Assembly (NCBI GenBank): GCA_002269645.1
Contig: NIVC01000048.1
Coordinates: forward strand, 62,001-126,000
DNA length: 64,000 nucleotides
Direction of reading: 5' to 3'
Origin: Macrostomum lignano
Lineage: Eukaryota
The number at the start of each line of letters is the position of its first letter. The stretch's first letter is position 1. The position numbers and the translations under genes were made by a program. The notes beneath the pieces are model-generated. The model did not search any database and was not told the DNA's origin. It was given only the letters and a program-made list of their open reading frames with translations. Of the stretch, positions 1-12,387 are shown piece after piece.

Positions 1-240
1 ATGGAGAAGCCGCTCTCGATGCCGTCGAGAATAAAATCAGCGTCGGGGTCGCCAACAAGCTCGGAGCGCCAGGCGTCGATGCAGAGATCGCCCACTGGCT
101 GCGTCAGATCGGACATCCGCACTGGAGGCTTGACGATGCAGGGCACGGGAGCGGGCTGAGCGAGGCAGTTAAAAGCAGGAGGGGTAAAATCGGTTTCGCG
201 CGCCGTGTCGGCGCGCTTGCTCAGTTTTTTGCGTGATTTT
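1..240 (-). CDS. N-terminus of YR-retrotransposon pol (RT) ORF, partial
   Basis: Manual translation ...VRMSDLTQPVGDLCIDAWRSELVGDPDADFILDGIESGFS runs off the window. It matches the W...L..xPD..F.L.GI..GF pre-RT motif of DIRS/Ngaro elements and overlaps the end of gag. Confidence 0.7.
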
Positions 241-1235
241 GCTCGGAGTGGCTGCCCTCACAGATTCGGCAGGCATGGAGGAATCGGCAGTTGCTCCTCA
301 TGCAGCCGTTGGTGCTGTTGAAGGACAAGCACAGCTCGCGGCCTGAGGATGTCCGCGGACCCATGACGCGGCTCTTGTTGCTAGGCTGGTTTCGCTTGGC
401 TGTCTGGTTGTACTGGTCCGTCTTAATGCTGAGCAGGTGCCTGATCGACATCTGGGCGCAGTCTTTGCCCCAGCGAAGGCTGTTGGCTGCGCGGTGCTGG
501 CGGTAGTCATGGTCGAATCTGATCACCCGGTGCGCTGGGAATCTGTCGAATAGCTCGGCCACCTGGACATTGTACTGGGCGTAATCTTTGACTTGCTCAG
601 TTGTGCTGTACACTTGGCCCTTGCTGGTCACCTGCGGCGCTGTGTCTTCAAGTATCTGAAGCAGGACCTTCATACTGCCGGCGAACCACTGCCCAATTGT
701 CATGCCGTCCAGCTTGGTCGTCGACTTTTTGAGCACGAGGCCGCCAGAGCTGCCCCTGGTGAGCAGCTCATCAGCCTGGCCTGACAGATCATCGACAAAG
801 TCTCTGACGAGTAGACACGGCTGCCCGACCGGCCGGGGTTGGCTCTAGCGGTGACGGGGCCTGTTGGGTTGATAAGTTCAGCGAAAAGATTTTGCTGCTC
901 ACCTGATTCTGTACGAGCAGTCACGACGGCGCGTTCCCGAAGCTCTCGCTCGCGTGTTTGAAGCTCTAGGAGCTGCAGCCGTTTCTGCGCCCGCCGAATC
1001 TCGCCGTCCAGGTCCGCCTCCCGTGGTCCCGGCCTTGGTCTTGGAGCTCCTCCTGCGCACAGGGCGATGCCGATGCCGATGTCAATGCCGATGTCCCGCC
1101 GTCTTGAAGCTGTGACTGCCCCTCGTGTTGTCTCAGTCTGGCTTGCAAGGCCGACTTATTGCCTGCGGTTGAGAGGCCTCGGCTACCCAGCTCACTCTTG
1201 AGTTGTTTGACTGTTAGTCGGTCTACACGATGCAT
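221..1235 (-). pseudogene. Gag-like ORF1 with N-terminal SAP domain and C-terminal zinc finger, frameshifted
   Basis: 966-1235 gives LTVKQLKSELGSRGLSTAGNKSALQARL (SAP motif). A coiled-coil (LDGEIRRAQKRLQLLELQTRERELRER) lies in a second frame. The 221-736 frame extends upstream to ~845 and ends CLSFNSTNGCMRSNCRFLHACRICEGSH. Confidence 0.7.
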
Positions 1236-1496
1236 GATAGCCAGAGCCAGAAAGTCGCAAAGAAAATTTTACGAGCCAAAAAAATTTTACGAGCCAAAGC
1301 GCTCTCGCAGCGCGCACGAGAGAGCGTGAACGCACAAATAAAAGGGGGCCGACGCAACCCACCCCCAACCCAACACCCCCGCCTGCCGGCCGGCACCCAG
1401 CACCCCACCTTGCGGCAGGGATGCACACGCGCGGGCCGCACGCACAGACGGGCGGAGGGGGCGGCCCCGTCGGCTAAACACGATTACAGAGCCGGT

Positions 1497-1846
1497 TAAA
1501 ACCGGCCCCTGAAATCGCAACCAAACAAGACACTGTCGAACTTAAGTCATCTCATAGAACAGACACCTCAAACTACCCTAAGCTTCCAGGAGTTGAATCA
1601 CCATACATACTGACAAACTCTGAGCTTCTACGCTTTTTATATCTACCTGGAGAGCTAGAGAAGGACACTAAAAGAAGAGCTACAGATCCATACTTCAGCC
1701 TTGATGTACATAAAATAGACAGACATTTTACCTCCGACTCTGGTGACTATTACTTTTTATCTCAGGCCTTTAACCCTAAATCCCCCACGCGGTCATTCAC
1801 TAGAGCTGAACTCCTAGTGATACCAGCTGACACGGAAATTAATTAA
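1497..1846 (+). pseudogene. Polinton retroviral-like integrase, C-terminal fragment (two +1 homopolymer frameshifts)
   Basis: Manual translation KPAPEIATKQDTVEL...LRFLYLPGELEKDTKRRATDPYFSLDVHKI...DYYFLSQAFNPKSPTRSFTRAELLVIPADTEIN*. This matches the YLYxPGELE..RRATDP / YYL...P.R.F.R.ELLV tail I recognise from Polinton integrases. It is absent from the ORF track. Confidence 0.8.
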
Positions 1847-1862
1847 AATATTAAAACAAAAA

Positions 1863-2309
1863 ATGACAAAGATAGAAACCAGAACCATCAGTAAACTCAA
1901 TAAAATCATTGAATCAAAGAAACCAGGTCTTATATCAATTAAAGGTATCAAAGTTAAGTTTGATCCCACACAGCAAATAGTTGAGTGTAATGAACAAAGA
2001 CACAGCATCACAGATGAAAAGTCAGGAGGAATCCTACCATTAGCAGCTCTTATTCCGATCATTGCAGGCGCTGTAAGTGCCGCAGGTGGTGTAGCTGGAG
2101 GTGTAGCAACTGCTGTTAAAGCTGGTAATGATAGAGCACACCAGCTTGAATTGCAAAAGATTGCAAGAGATAAAGGTATAACAATTAAGGCAGGAGATGG
2201 TTGCCCCGATCGTGATGATTGTGAGCATGAAAATTCTGTAAGCAAGTCTGACATTGTCAAAGCCATCATGACACTGCACAATGCTGGGTTTACAATAATG
2301 CGCATGTGA
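1863..2309 (+). CDS. Putative virion core/membrane-active protein with adenovirus pX (mu)-like segment
   Basis: 148 aa; GGILPLAALIPIIAGAVSAAGGVAGGVATAV resembles the adenovirus pX C-terminal GGILPLLIPLIAAAIGAVPGIA segment. A-run precedes the ATG. Confidence 0.7.
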   Translation: MTKIETRTISKLNKIIESKKPGLISIKGIKVKFDPTQQIVECNEQRHSITDEKSGGILPLAALIPIIAGAVSAAGGVAGGVATAVKAGNDRAHQLELQKIARDKGITIKAGDGCPDRDDCEHENSVSKSDIVKAIMTLHNAGFTIMRM

Positions 2310-2432
2310 TGAGGTTTAAAACCCCACTTTATCCAGCTTCATAAACCTAACACTACTTATAGGATGTAGAAACAGTTCAACTTTTCTACCAGGTTGGTCA
2401 CCCTCAATTTTTTTTATATTTTAGAGAAAAAA

Positions 2433-4171
2433 ATGCCAAAAGCCAATCCAGCAAAAGATTTAGTCAACAAATATTTTTCAAAAGGCGTCTCATTTCAAGA
2501 CAAAAGTAATTTACTAAGAGAAGCATGTAAACAAAAGTTTAACACCGACCCTGGTCACCTGGGAAGCTATGAAAAACAGTTGGAAATCATCAATCAATTA
2601 GAATCCAACCAGTATGCGCCTATAAAAAATCCTGCAAAGGAACACCAAGAGAGGAGTCGCAACTTAGTTAACAAATACGAAACTGTCACTGGTGAAAAAG
2701 CAAAGTACCCACAGAATAAGCAGGAACAAGAGAAATTAGAGCAATTAATCCATTTAAAAGAGTCGGAGCTTGCCATTGAAGAGATTAATTTTGCACAGAG
2801 GAAGTTTACAGAACATTACGTAGAGTACACAATCCAAATTAAGGATACCACCGCAAACATCTTCGACTATAAAGACAGCATCCAATCAGTTGTTGATCAC
2901 ACACTCAAAACACGCAAGACCTTTAAACTACAGATATCATTCAAGATTGCGTTTTATATGCCTGCAAAACCCACTGAGCATCTCGAGTATTACATGACAA
3001 CAAAGGCGAAGCCATTCACCCCTACAGACACACTAGATCCTTTCCTTCAAGATGTCACTAAGAAAATTGAAGCGTTTACATCCAGAGGTTCCGGATGGGT
3101 CGTGGGAGGGATTCAAAGAGCAACTGTCATGGTCATGAAATATGACCCACTTAAAGCCTCCTCTTATATAGAGCTCCCGCATAAGCTTGCCGGTAAAAAA
3201 GCTTGCATAAATGTTAAAAATAAAGACAATTGCTGTGCTCTATGGGCAGTTCTTTCTGCACTTCTTCATGATAGTGCCCTTCACCACCCTGAAAGAACCT
3301 CAAATTATCAAAATTATTTCAACTACTATCTCATTGAATGCGAAAAGAAGGGAATCAGGTTTGACAAAGGAGGCTTGGCGATCTCTCAGATCCCAAAGCT
3401 AGAAGAAGTGTTTAATAACAAAATTAGAATCACAGTCTTTGAATGGAGTGAAAAAACTGAGAAAGTTCAACCGGTCAGATGTAGCAAAGACGTTTTAGAT
3501 CCTGAGGGGAAAAGGCGGATTGAAGTGGATCTTCTAGTGATTGGTAATTTACTAGAGGAGGCTCACTATGTTTGGATTAAAGATCTTTCAAGACTCATTC
3601 ACAAGCAGTTGAATAATCATCACGAGGCTGTTGCCATCTGCCGCTTGTGCCTTAAACATTACAGTGGACCTGAACGCTTTGAAAAACTAGCAGAGCATGA
3701 ATTATCATGCGAGGATCACCCAACAAACTGCTCTCTTCCTTCAGCTGAAGAGAAGTATCTCCGGTTTAAGAACTATCATAAGATGGAGAAGCTCCCATTT
3801 GTTGTATATGCTGATTTCGAATGCTCAATCATGCCGGAAACACAAAAACAAACTCCAACTCAAAAACATATCCCTAATTCAGTAGCATATGCCTTTATTA
3901 ATACAGAAGGACTTGTTGAGTATAATTATTTCTTTGGAGAGCAGTGTGTGGAGCAGTTTATTGCCAGAATGTTAGAGTTGCAAAAAGTGATTAGCACCCT
4001 TCAACCTGTTCCAATAATGATGACTGAGGAGGATGAAAGCAATTTCCTATCAGCAACTCATTGTCACATCTGCAGGAAACAGTTAACTAGCACTAATATT
4101 AAAAACCCCACCGTTAGGGACCACTGCCACTTTACTGGGAAATTTAGAGGTGCAGCGCATAACACCTGTAA
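2433..4171 (+). CDS. polB: Protein-primed DNA polymerase B, 5' part (terminal-protein/vOTU-like region, ExoI, EndoVII-like insert); interrupted
   Basis: Motifs GSGWV, SSYIELP, INVKNKDNCCALW, HYVWIKD, FVVYADFEC, CHIC...VRDHCHFTGKFRGAAHNTCN. The frame is broken at 4171 by the Helitron stack. Confidence 0.92.
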
Positions 4172-6661
4172 TCCTATATACTAAAAATGAAATGTGTGTC
4201 TCTGTGAGATAGATTTCAGAAAAAACGGCTAAGCCGATTTTTTCAAACTTGCACCATTCGATCAGAAATTTTCCTGGGACGGTACATGCATCTTGGCTAA
4301 GAAATCGCTGAATGTAAAAGGGATTAAATATTCGAAAAACATGCTTTTTTGCAAAGGTCAAGCCAAATTTTTGACTTGAAATGCATTGTAAGAATGCTAG
4401 AGAAAAAACTAACTGACTGAATTTCAATTCTAATAAAGATTGCATCACAACAAGTTGAAAACAGTGCCGAAGAAATGCACACACGACATGATTGAAATTG
4501 CGTAACCATATTGCTAACTTAAATTGAGACTGATACTGGCTGACTGAGAAATTGATTGTGTCATAACTTTTTACTCTAACTGACTTGCTGAAAGTTTTGA
4601 ATTATAAGGGCGAGAGTTCATGTTCTCCGATTGAAACGAGATAGCCTAGATGCGAACAGACTGGACTGCTATTGTAGTGACCTGGGTTCGAATCTTAGTA
4701 GCGCAAAATGATTTTTTTATTAAAACACCTTAAAAGCACATAATGCTAAATATAAAAGGAGCGCAATGTCAAACATAAAAGAGCCACCATGTCAGATATA
4801 ATAGAGCCACCATGTCAAACGTTAAAGAGCCTCCATGTCGAACATTAAAGAGCTACCATGTCAAACATAAAAGAGCCACCATGTCAGATTTAATAGAGCC
4901 ACCATGTCAAACGTTAAAGAGCCTCCATGTCGAACATTAAAGAGCTACCATGTCAAACATTAAAGAGCCACCATGTCGAACATTAAAGAGCCACCATGCC
5001 AAACATAAAAGAGCCACCATGTCGAACATTAAAGAGCTACCATGCCAAACATAAAAGAGCCACCATGTCAAACGTTAAAGAGCCTCCATGTCAAACATTA
5101 AAGAGCTACCATGTCAAACATTAAAGACCTACCATGTCAAACATAAAAAAGGGCCATCATGCCAAACATAAAAGAGCCACCATGTCGATCATAAAAGAGC
5201 CACCATGTCGAACATATAAGAGCCACCATATCAAACATAAAAAAGCTACCATGTCAAACATAAAAGAGCCACCATGCCAAACATAAAAGAGCCACCATGT
5301 CGAACATTAAAGAGCCACCATGTCGAACATTAAAGAACCACCATGTCAAACATTAAAGACCTACCATGTCAAACATAAAAGAGCCACCATGTCGAACATT
5401 AAAGAGCCACCATGTCGAACATTAAAGAGCCACCATGTCAAACATAGAAGAGCCACCATGTAAAACATATAGGTGACTCCATGTCAAACATTAAAGAGCC
5501 ACCATGTCAAACATTCAAGAGCCACCATGTCAAACGTTAAAAAGCCACCATGTCAAACATTAAAGAGCCACCATGTAAAAATATAGGTGACTCCACGTCA
5601 AACATTAAAGAGCCACCATGCCAAACATTCAAGAGCCACCATGCCAAACATAAAGACCTACCACGTCGAACATAAAAGAGCCACCATGTCAAACATAAAG
5701 GAGGCATCATGTCAAAAATTAAAGAGCCACCATGTCGAACATTAGAGAGCCACCATGCCAAACATAAAAGAGCCACCATGTCGAACATAAAAGAGCCATT
5801 ATGCCAAACATAAAAGAGCCACCATGTCAGATATAATAGAGCCACCATGTCAAACGTTAAAGAGCCTCCATGTCGAACATTAAAGAGCTACCATGTCAAA
5901 CATAAAAGAGCCACCATGTCAGATATAATAGAGCCACCATGTCAAACGTTAAAGAGCCTCCATGTCGAACATTAAAGAGCTACCATGTCAAACATAGAAG
6001 AGCCACCATGTAAAACATATAGGTGACTCCATGTCAAACATTAAAGAGCCACCATGTCAAACATTCAAGAGCCACCATGTCAAACGTTAAAAAGCCACCA
6101 TGTCAAACATTAAAGAGCCACCATGTAAAACATATAGGTGACTCCACGTCAAACATTAAAGAGCCACCATGTCAAACATTCAAGAGCCACCATGTCAAAC
6201 GTTAAAGAGCCACCATGTCGAAAATTAAAGAGCCAACATGCCAAACATTCAAGAGCCACCATGCCAAACATTAAAGACCTACCACGTCGAACATAAAAGA
6301 GCCACCATGCCAAACATAAAAGAGCCACCATGTCGAACATTAAAGAACCACCATGTCGAACATTAAAGAGCCACCATATCGAACATTAAAGAGCCACCAA
6401 GTCAAACATAAAAGAGCTACCATGTAAAACATTCAAGAGCCACAATGTCAAACATAAAGGAGGCATCATGTCAAAAATTAAAGAGCAACCATGTCAAACA
6501 TTAAAGAGCCACCATGTCGAACATTAGAGAGCCACCATGCCAAACATAAAAGAGCCACCATGTCGAACATAAAAGAGCCCTATTTGTTATTTGTCTATTT
6601 GTTATTTGTGAAGAACAAGGATTCTATCCAGATGTCCCCCATCGGGGGCGAAGATTGCTAG
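4172..6661 (+). mobile_element. Non-autonomous Helitron unit 1 (subfamily A)
   Basis: 5' TCCTATATACTAAAAATG; 3' CCCCCATCGGGGG hairpin + CGAAGATTGCTAG; carries the 23-bp satellite A. Confidence 0.88.
4765..6578 (+). repeat. 23-bp minisatellite A (AAAGAGCCACCATGTCAAACATT)
   Basis: Directly visible tandem units of period 23 with variant units. Confidence 0.95.
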
Positions 6662-7284
6662 TCCTATATACTAAAAATGGTCTGTCTGTGTCTATCTATC
6701 TATCTATCTATGTGATCGATTAGAGAAAAAATGGCTGGACCGATTTTGTTCGAACTTGCACTGTTCGATCAGAAATTTTCCCGTGACGGTACATGCATCG
6801 TGGCTAAGAAATTGCTCGATGCTAAAGGCATTAAATATTCGAAAAACATGCTTTTTTGCAAAGGTCAAGCAAACTTTTCGACTTAAAATGCATTGTAAGA
6901 ATGCTAGAGAAAAAACTTACTGGTTGAATTCTGATTCTGAAATAGATTGCATCATAACTGAATTGTAACTCCGACTTGAATTGGAAATGCAGTGTGAAAG
7001 CGTAGCACCAGACTTGATTTAAATTGCGTAACCATATTGTTAACTGATACCGACTGACTGAAAAACTGATTATGTCATAACTGCTTCGTGTGATTTACTC
7101 TATGCTTGGATTTTAAAGTGTTGAATTATATAAGTGCAAAAGTTGATGTTATCAAAACGATGAGAGCTAGCCTAGAGGTGAACAAACTGAACTGCTAAAT
7201 GCAGCGACGATGGTTTGAATTTTCATAGAGTATAATTTTTTAATTAAATCTTTTCAACGTCAGGAAAACTAAAAGACTTTTTAA

Positions 7285-9355
7285 AAAGAAGCGTCATGTA
7301 AAAATCGTAGAAGCGTCATGTAAAAAATCATAGAAGCGTCATGTAAACAATCATAGAAGTGTCATGTAAAAAATCATAGAAGCGTCATGTAAACAATCAT
7401 AGAAGCGCCATGTAAAAAATCATAGAAGCGTCATGTAAACAATCATAGAAGCGTCATGTAAACAATCATAGAAGCGTCATGTAAAAAATCATAGAAGCGT
7501 CATGTAAACAATCATAGAAGCGTCATGTAAACAATCATAGAAGCGTCATGTAAAAAATCATAGAAGCGTCATGTAAACAATCATAGAAGCGCCATGTAAA
7601 CAATCATAGAAGCGTCATTTAAAAAATCATAGAAGCGTCATGTAAACAATCATAGAAGCGTCATGTAAAAAATCATAGAAGCGTCATGTAAACAATCATA
7701 GAAGCGTCATGTAAACAATCATAGAAGCGTCATGTAAACAATCATAGAAGCGTCATGTAAACAATCATAGAAGCGTCATGTAAACAATCATAGAAGCGCC
7801 ATGTAAAAAATCATAGAAGCGTCATGTAAACAATCATAGAAGCGTCATGTAAACAATCATAGAAGCGTCATGTAAAAAATCATAGAAGCGTCATGTAAAC
7901 AATCATAGAAGCGCCATGTAAACAATCATAGAAGCGTCATGTAAACAATCATAGAAGCGTCATGTAAAAAATCATAGAAGCGTCATGTAAACAATCATAG
8001 AAGCGTCATGTAAACAATCATAGAAGCGTCATGTAAACAATCATAGAAGCGTCATTTAAACAATCATAGAAGCGTCATGTAAAAAATCGTAGCAGCGTCA
8101 TGAAAAAATCATAGAAGCGTCATTTAAAAAATCATAGAAGCGTCATGTAAACAATCATAGAAGCGCCATGTAAACAATCATAGAAGCGTCATTTAAAAAA
8201 TCATAGAAGCGTCATGTAAACAATCATAGAAGCGTCATGTAAAAAATCATAGAAGCGTCATGTAAACAATCATAGAAGCGTCATGTAAACAATCATAGAA
8301 GCGTCATGTAAACAATCATAGAAGCGTCATGTAAAAAATCATAGAAGCGTCATGTAAACAATCATAGAAGCGTCATGTAAACAATCATAGAAGCGCCATG
8401 TAAACAATCAAAGAAGCGTCATTTAAACAATCATAGAAGCGTCATTAAAAAAATCGTAGCAGCGTCATGAAAAAATCATAGAAGCGTCATTTAAAAAATC
8501 ATAGAAGCGTCATGTAAACAATCATAGAAGCGCCATGTAAACAATCATAGAAGCGTCATGTAAAAAATCATAGAAGCGTCATGTAAACAATCATAGAAGC
8601 GTCATGTAAAAAATCATAGAAGCGTCATGTAAACAATCATAGAAGCGTCATGTAAACAATCATAGAAGCGTCATGTAAAAATCATAGAAGCGTCATGTAA
8701 ACAATCATAGAAGCGCCATGTAAACAATCATAGAAGCGTCATTTAAAAAATCATAGAAGCGTCATGTAAACAATCATAGAAGCGTCATGTAAACAATCAT
8801 AGAAGCGTCATGTAAACAATCATAGAAGCGTCATGTAAACAATCATAGAAGCGCCATGTAAACAATCATAGAAGCGTCATGTAAACAATCATAGAAGCGT
8901 CATGTAAAAAATCATAGAAGCGTCATGTAAAAAATCATAGAAGCGTCATGTAAACAATCATAGAAGCGTCATGTAAACAATCATAGAAGCGTAATTTAAA
9001 AAATCATAGAAGCGTCATGTAAAAAATCATAGAAGCGCTATGTAAACAATCATAGAAGCGTCATGTAAACAATCATAGAAGCGTCATGTAAACAATCATA
9101 GAAGCGTCATGTAAACAATCATAGAAGCGTCATTTAAAAAATCATAGAAGCGTCATGAAAAAATCATAGAAGCGTCATGTAAACAATCATAGAAGCGTCA
9201 TGTAAACAATCATAGAAGCGTCATGTAAACAATCATAGAAGCGTCATGTAAACAATCATAGAAGCGTCATTTAAAAAATCATAGAAGCGTCATGAAAAAA
9301 TCATAGAAGCGTCATGTAAACAATCATAGAAGCGTCATGTGAAAAATCATCGAAG
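7285..9355 (+). repeat. 23-bp minisatellite B (AATCATAGAAGCGTCATGTAAAC)
   Basis: Highly homogeneous tandem array of period 23. Confidence 0.95.
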
Positions 9356-9797
9356 TCTCATTTAAAAAGTAATGAAAGTGTCATTTAAAATATTAAGAAG
9401 CATCATGGTAGAATAAAAGAAGCGTCATGTCAGACATGAAGGGTGTCATGTAAAAATTAAATGAAGCTATAATGCTGTGCTGGGGAGAATTACTGAGATG
9501 TCAAGGCTCTCAGAGAATAACTTAGATTACGGGGGGGGGGGTTTCTGAGATGTCAAAGCAATAGTCAGAGGCTATTTCAAAGTTCATGTACTTTACTCAA
9601 TTTTTGATTGCATTCTTTGTTGGCTCGCCACGGGGGGCGCTGATAAAAAGCGTAATGTAAAAAATAAAAGAAGCTTCATGTCGAAGTTAAGAGATTCATT
9701 TGGGAATCCCTACGATGTCGAGGCTTGCAGGGAATCACTATAATGCTGTAGTAGTGCTATAATGACTCTCAGAGAGAATTACTGAAATTTCAATGCT

Positions 9798-9858
9798 TTA
9801 GGGTTAGGTTAGGGTTAGGGTTAGGCTAGGGTTAGGGTTAGGCTAGGGTTAGGGTTAG
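9798..9858 (+). repeat. Interstitial telomere-like (TTAGGG)n tract
   Basis: TTAGGG/CTAGGG/TTAGG units. Confidence 0.85.
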
Positions 9859-10721
9859 AAGGTTGACAGATATTTTTAGATTTCCAAGGCTTATTGGGGG
9901 CATTGCTGAGATGTCAATGGGGGAAGTTGATATGTTAAAGCTTGTGGGGGGGAGTTATTGACATGTCAAGGCTTACAAGGTTTGACAGGAGATTTTTTAA
10001 GATTTCAAGGAAATATGTACATGTAGCTTATTAAAAAACGTGTATTGCATTTCTTTGGCTCCCCAACGGGGGGCGTGGATTGCTAGTAAACATACTATAA
10101 TCCTATATCCTTAAAATTCCCATATACTAAAAATGAAAATCTTGCTTGCTTGTAATCGATTAGAGAAAACATGGCTTAACCAATTTTCATGAGACTTGCA
10201 CTGTTCGATCAGAAATTTTCCCGTGACGGTACATGTGTCTTGGCTAAGAATTTGCTCGATGCTAAAGGCATTAAATACTCGAAAAACATGCTTTTTTGCA
10301 AAGGTCAAGCAAACTTTTCAACTTGAAATGCATTGTAAGAATGCTAGAGAAAAAACTGACTGGTTGAATTCTGATTCTGAAATGGATTACATCATAACTG
10401 AATTGTAACTCCAACTTGAATTGCGTCACAGTATTGAAAATGCAGTGTGGAAGCGTAGCACCAGACTTGATTTAGATTGCGTAACCATATTCTCAACTTT
10501 AATTGAGACTGATACTGACTTGCCTGGGAAATTGATTATGTCATAACTGCTTCGTGTGTGAGTGTTTAATTATATAAGTGCTACAATTTCATTTATAAAT
10601 TCGATAATAGCTAGCCTATATGTGAACAGACTGGACTGCAAATGCAGCGACCTGGGTTTGAATCTTAGTAGTGAAAAGTTTTTTATTAAAAGCTTTTATT
10701 AAAGGAAAAATAAAGGACAAA

Positions 10722-11395
10722 AGGCGTCATGTAAAAAAGCATAGAAGCGTCATGTAAAAAAGCATAGAAGCGTCATGTAAAAAATCATAGAAGCGTCATG
10801 TAAAAAATCATAGAAGCGTCATTTAAAAAAATCATAGAAGCGTCATGTAAACAATCATAGAAGCGTCATGTAAAAAGCATAGAAGCGTCATATAAAAAAT
10901 AATAGAAGCGTCATGTAAAAAATCATAGAAGCGTCATGTAAAAATCATAGAAGCGTCATGTAAAAATCATAGAAGCGTCATGTAAAAAATCATATAAGCG
11001 TCATGTAAACAATCATAGAAGCGTCATGTAAAAAGCATAGAAGCGTCATGTAAAAAGCATAGAAGTGTCATTTAAAAAATCATAGAAGCGTCATGTAAAA
11101 AATCATAGAAGCGTCATGTAAACAATCATAGAAGCGTCATGTAAAAAATCACTGAAGCGTCATGTAAACCATCATAGAAGCGTAATGTAAAAAATCATAG
11201 AAGCGTCATCTAAAAATCATAGAAGTGTCATGTAAACAATCATAGAAGCGTCATTTAAAAAAATCATAGAAGCGTCATGTAAACCATCATAGAAGTGTCA
11301 TGTAAACAATCATAGAAGCGTCATGTAAACAATCATAGAAGCGTCATGTAAACAATCATCGAAGCGTCATCTAAAAGTCATAGAAGCGTCATTAA
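10722..11395 (+). repeat. 23-bp minisatellite B, shorter array
   Basis: Same unit as 7285-9355. Confidence 0.93.
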
Positions 11396-12296
11396 AAACT
11401 AATGAAAGTGTCATTAAAAAAATTAAGAAGCATCATGGTAGAATAAAAGAAGCGTCATGTCAGACATGAAAGGTGTCATGTAAAAATTAAATGAAGCTAT
11501 AGTGCTGGGCTAGGGAGAAAAACTGAGACGTCAAGGCTCACAGAGAATAACTGAGATTACGGGGTTGGGGTTTCTGAGATGTCAAAGCAAAAGTCAGAAG
11601 CTACTTCAAAGTTCATGTACTTTACTCAATTTTTATATTACATTCTTTGTTGGCTCGCCACAGGGGGGGGGCGCTGATAGAAGAAGAGTCATGTAAAAAA
11701 TAAAAGTAGCACTATGTATACATAAAAGAAGAGTCATGTCGAAGTTAAAAGATTCCTTTGGGAATTGCTACGATGTCAAAGCTTGGTGGAAATCGTTATA
11801 GTGCTGTGATTCTTAAAGAAGGAATCACTAAAATGTCAAGGCTTAGGGAAGAATAATTGCTGAGATTTTAAGACTTTAGGTTGGGTTAAAGTTAGGTTTA
11901 GGTCAGGTTTGGGTTGAGGGTTAGATTTTATCGGGTTTCAAGGTTAACGGGGGGGTTTTTAGATTTCAAAGTTTATTGAGGCCATCGCTGACATGTCAAG
12001 GCTTACGGGGGGAATAGCTGACATGTCAAGGCTCACGGGGGTATAAATGAGACTTTAAGGCTAAAGTCAGAAGCTACATGTAGTTTATTGAAAAATTTTT
12101 ATTACATTATTTGATGCCTCCTCAGGGGAGGGATCGCTGATAAAAAAAGCGTAATGTAAAAAATAAAAGAAGCTTCATGTCGAAGTGAAGAGATGCATTT
12201 GGGAATCCCTACGATGTCGAGGCTTTCAGGGAATCGCTATAATGCTGTAGTAGTACTATAATGACTCTTAGAGAGAATTACTGAAATGTAAATGCT

Positions 12297-12387
12297 TTAG
12301 GGTTATGTTAGGGTTAGGGCTAGGTTAGGTTAGGGCTAGGGGCTAGGGTTAGGGTTAGGGTTAGGGTTAGGCTAGGGTTAGGGTTAG
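12297..12387 (+). repeat. Interstitial telomere-like (TTAGGG)n tract
   Basis: TTAGGG/CTAGGG units; a degenerate copy lies at ~11878-11925. Confidence 0.85.

Larger units (their letters stand above)
1..1500 (-). mobile_element. Tyrosine-recombinase (Ngaro/DIRS-type) retrotransposon, 5' part; continues beyond window start
   Basis: Minus-strand gag-like ORF1 (LLVRDFVDD, KLDGMTIGQW, C-terminal Cys/His finger) overlaps the start of a pol frame (AWRSELVGDPDADFILDGIESGFS). A GC-rich non-coding leader occupies ~1236-1500. The 5' boundary is approximate. Confidence 0.75.
6662..10086 (+). mobile_element. Non-autonomous Helitron unit 2 (subfamily B)
   Basis: 5' TCCTATATACTAAAAATG directly after the CTAG of unit 1; 3' CCCCAACGGGGGG hairpin + GATTGCTAG. 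Confidence 0.88.

Noticed and set aside
845-905. Possible intron in the retrotransposon gag (CAG|GTGAGC donor-like site)
   Set aside because: No canonical acceptor restores the downstream gag frame; frameshift or decay is simpler.
1814-2305. Minus-strand 163-aa ORF; likewise 23931-24638 (-) and 19956-20243 (+)
   Set aside because: Antisense shadows of better-supported genes on the other strand.
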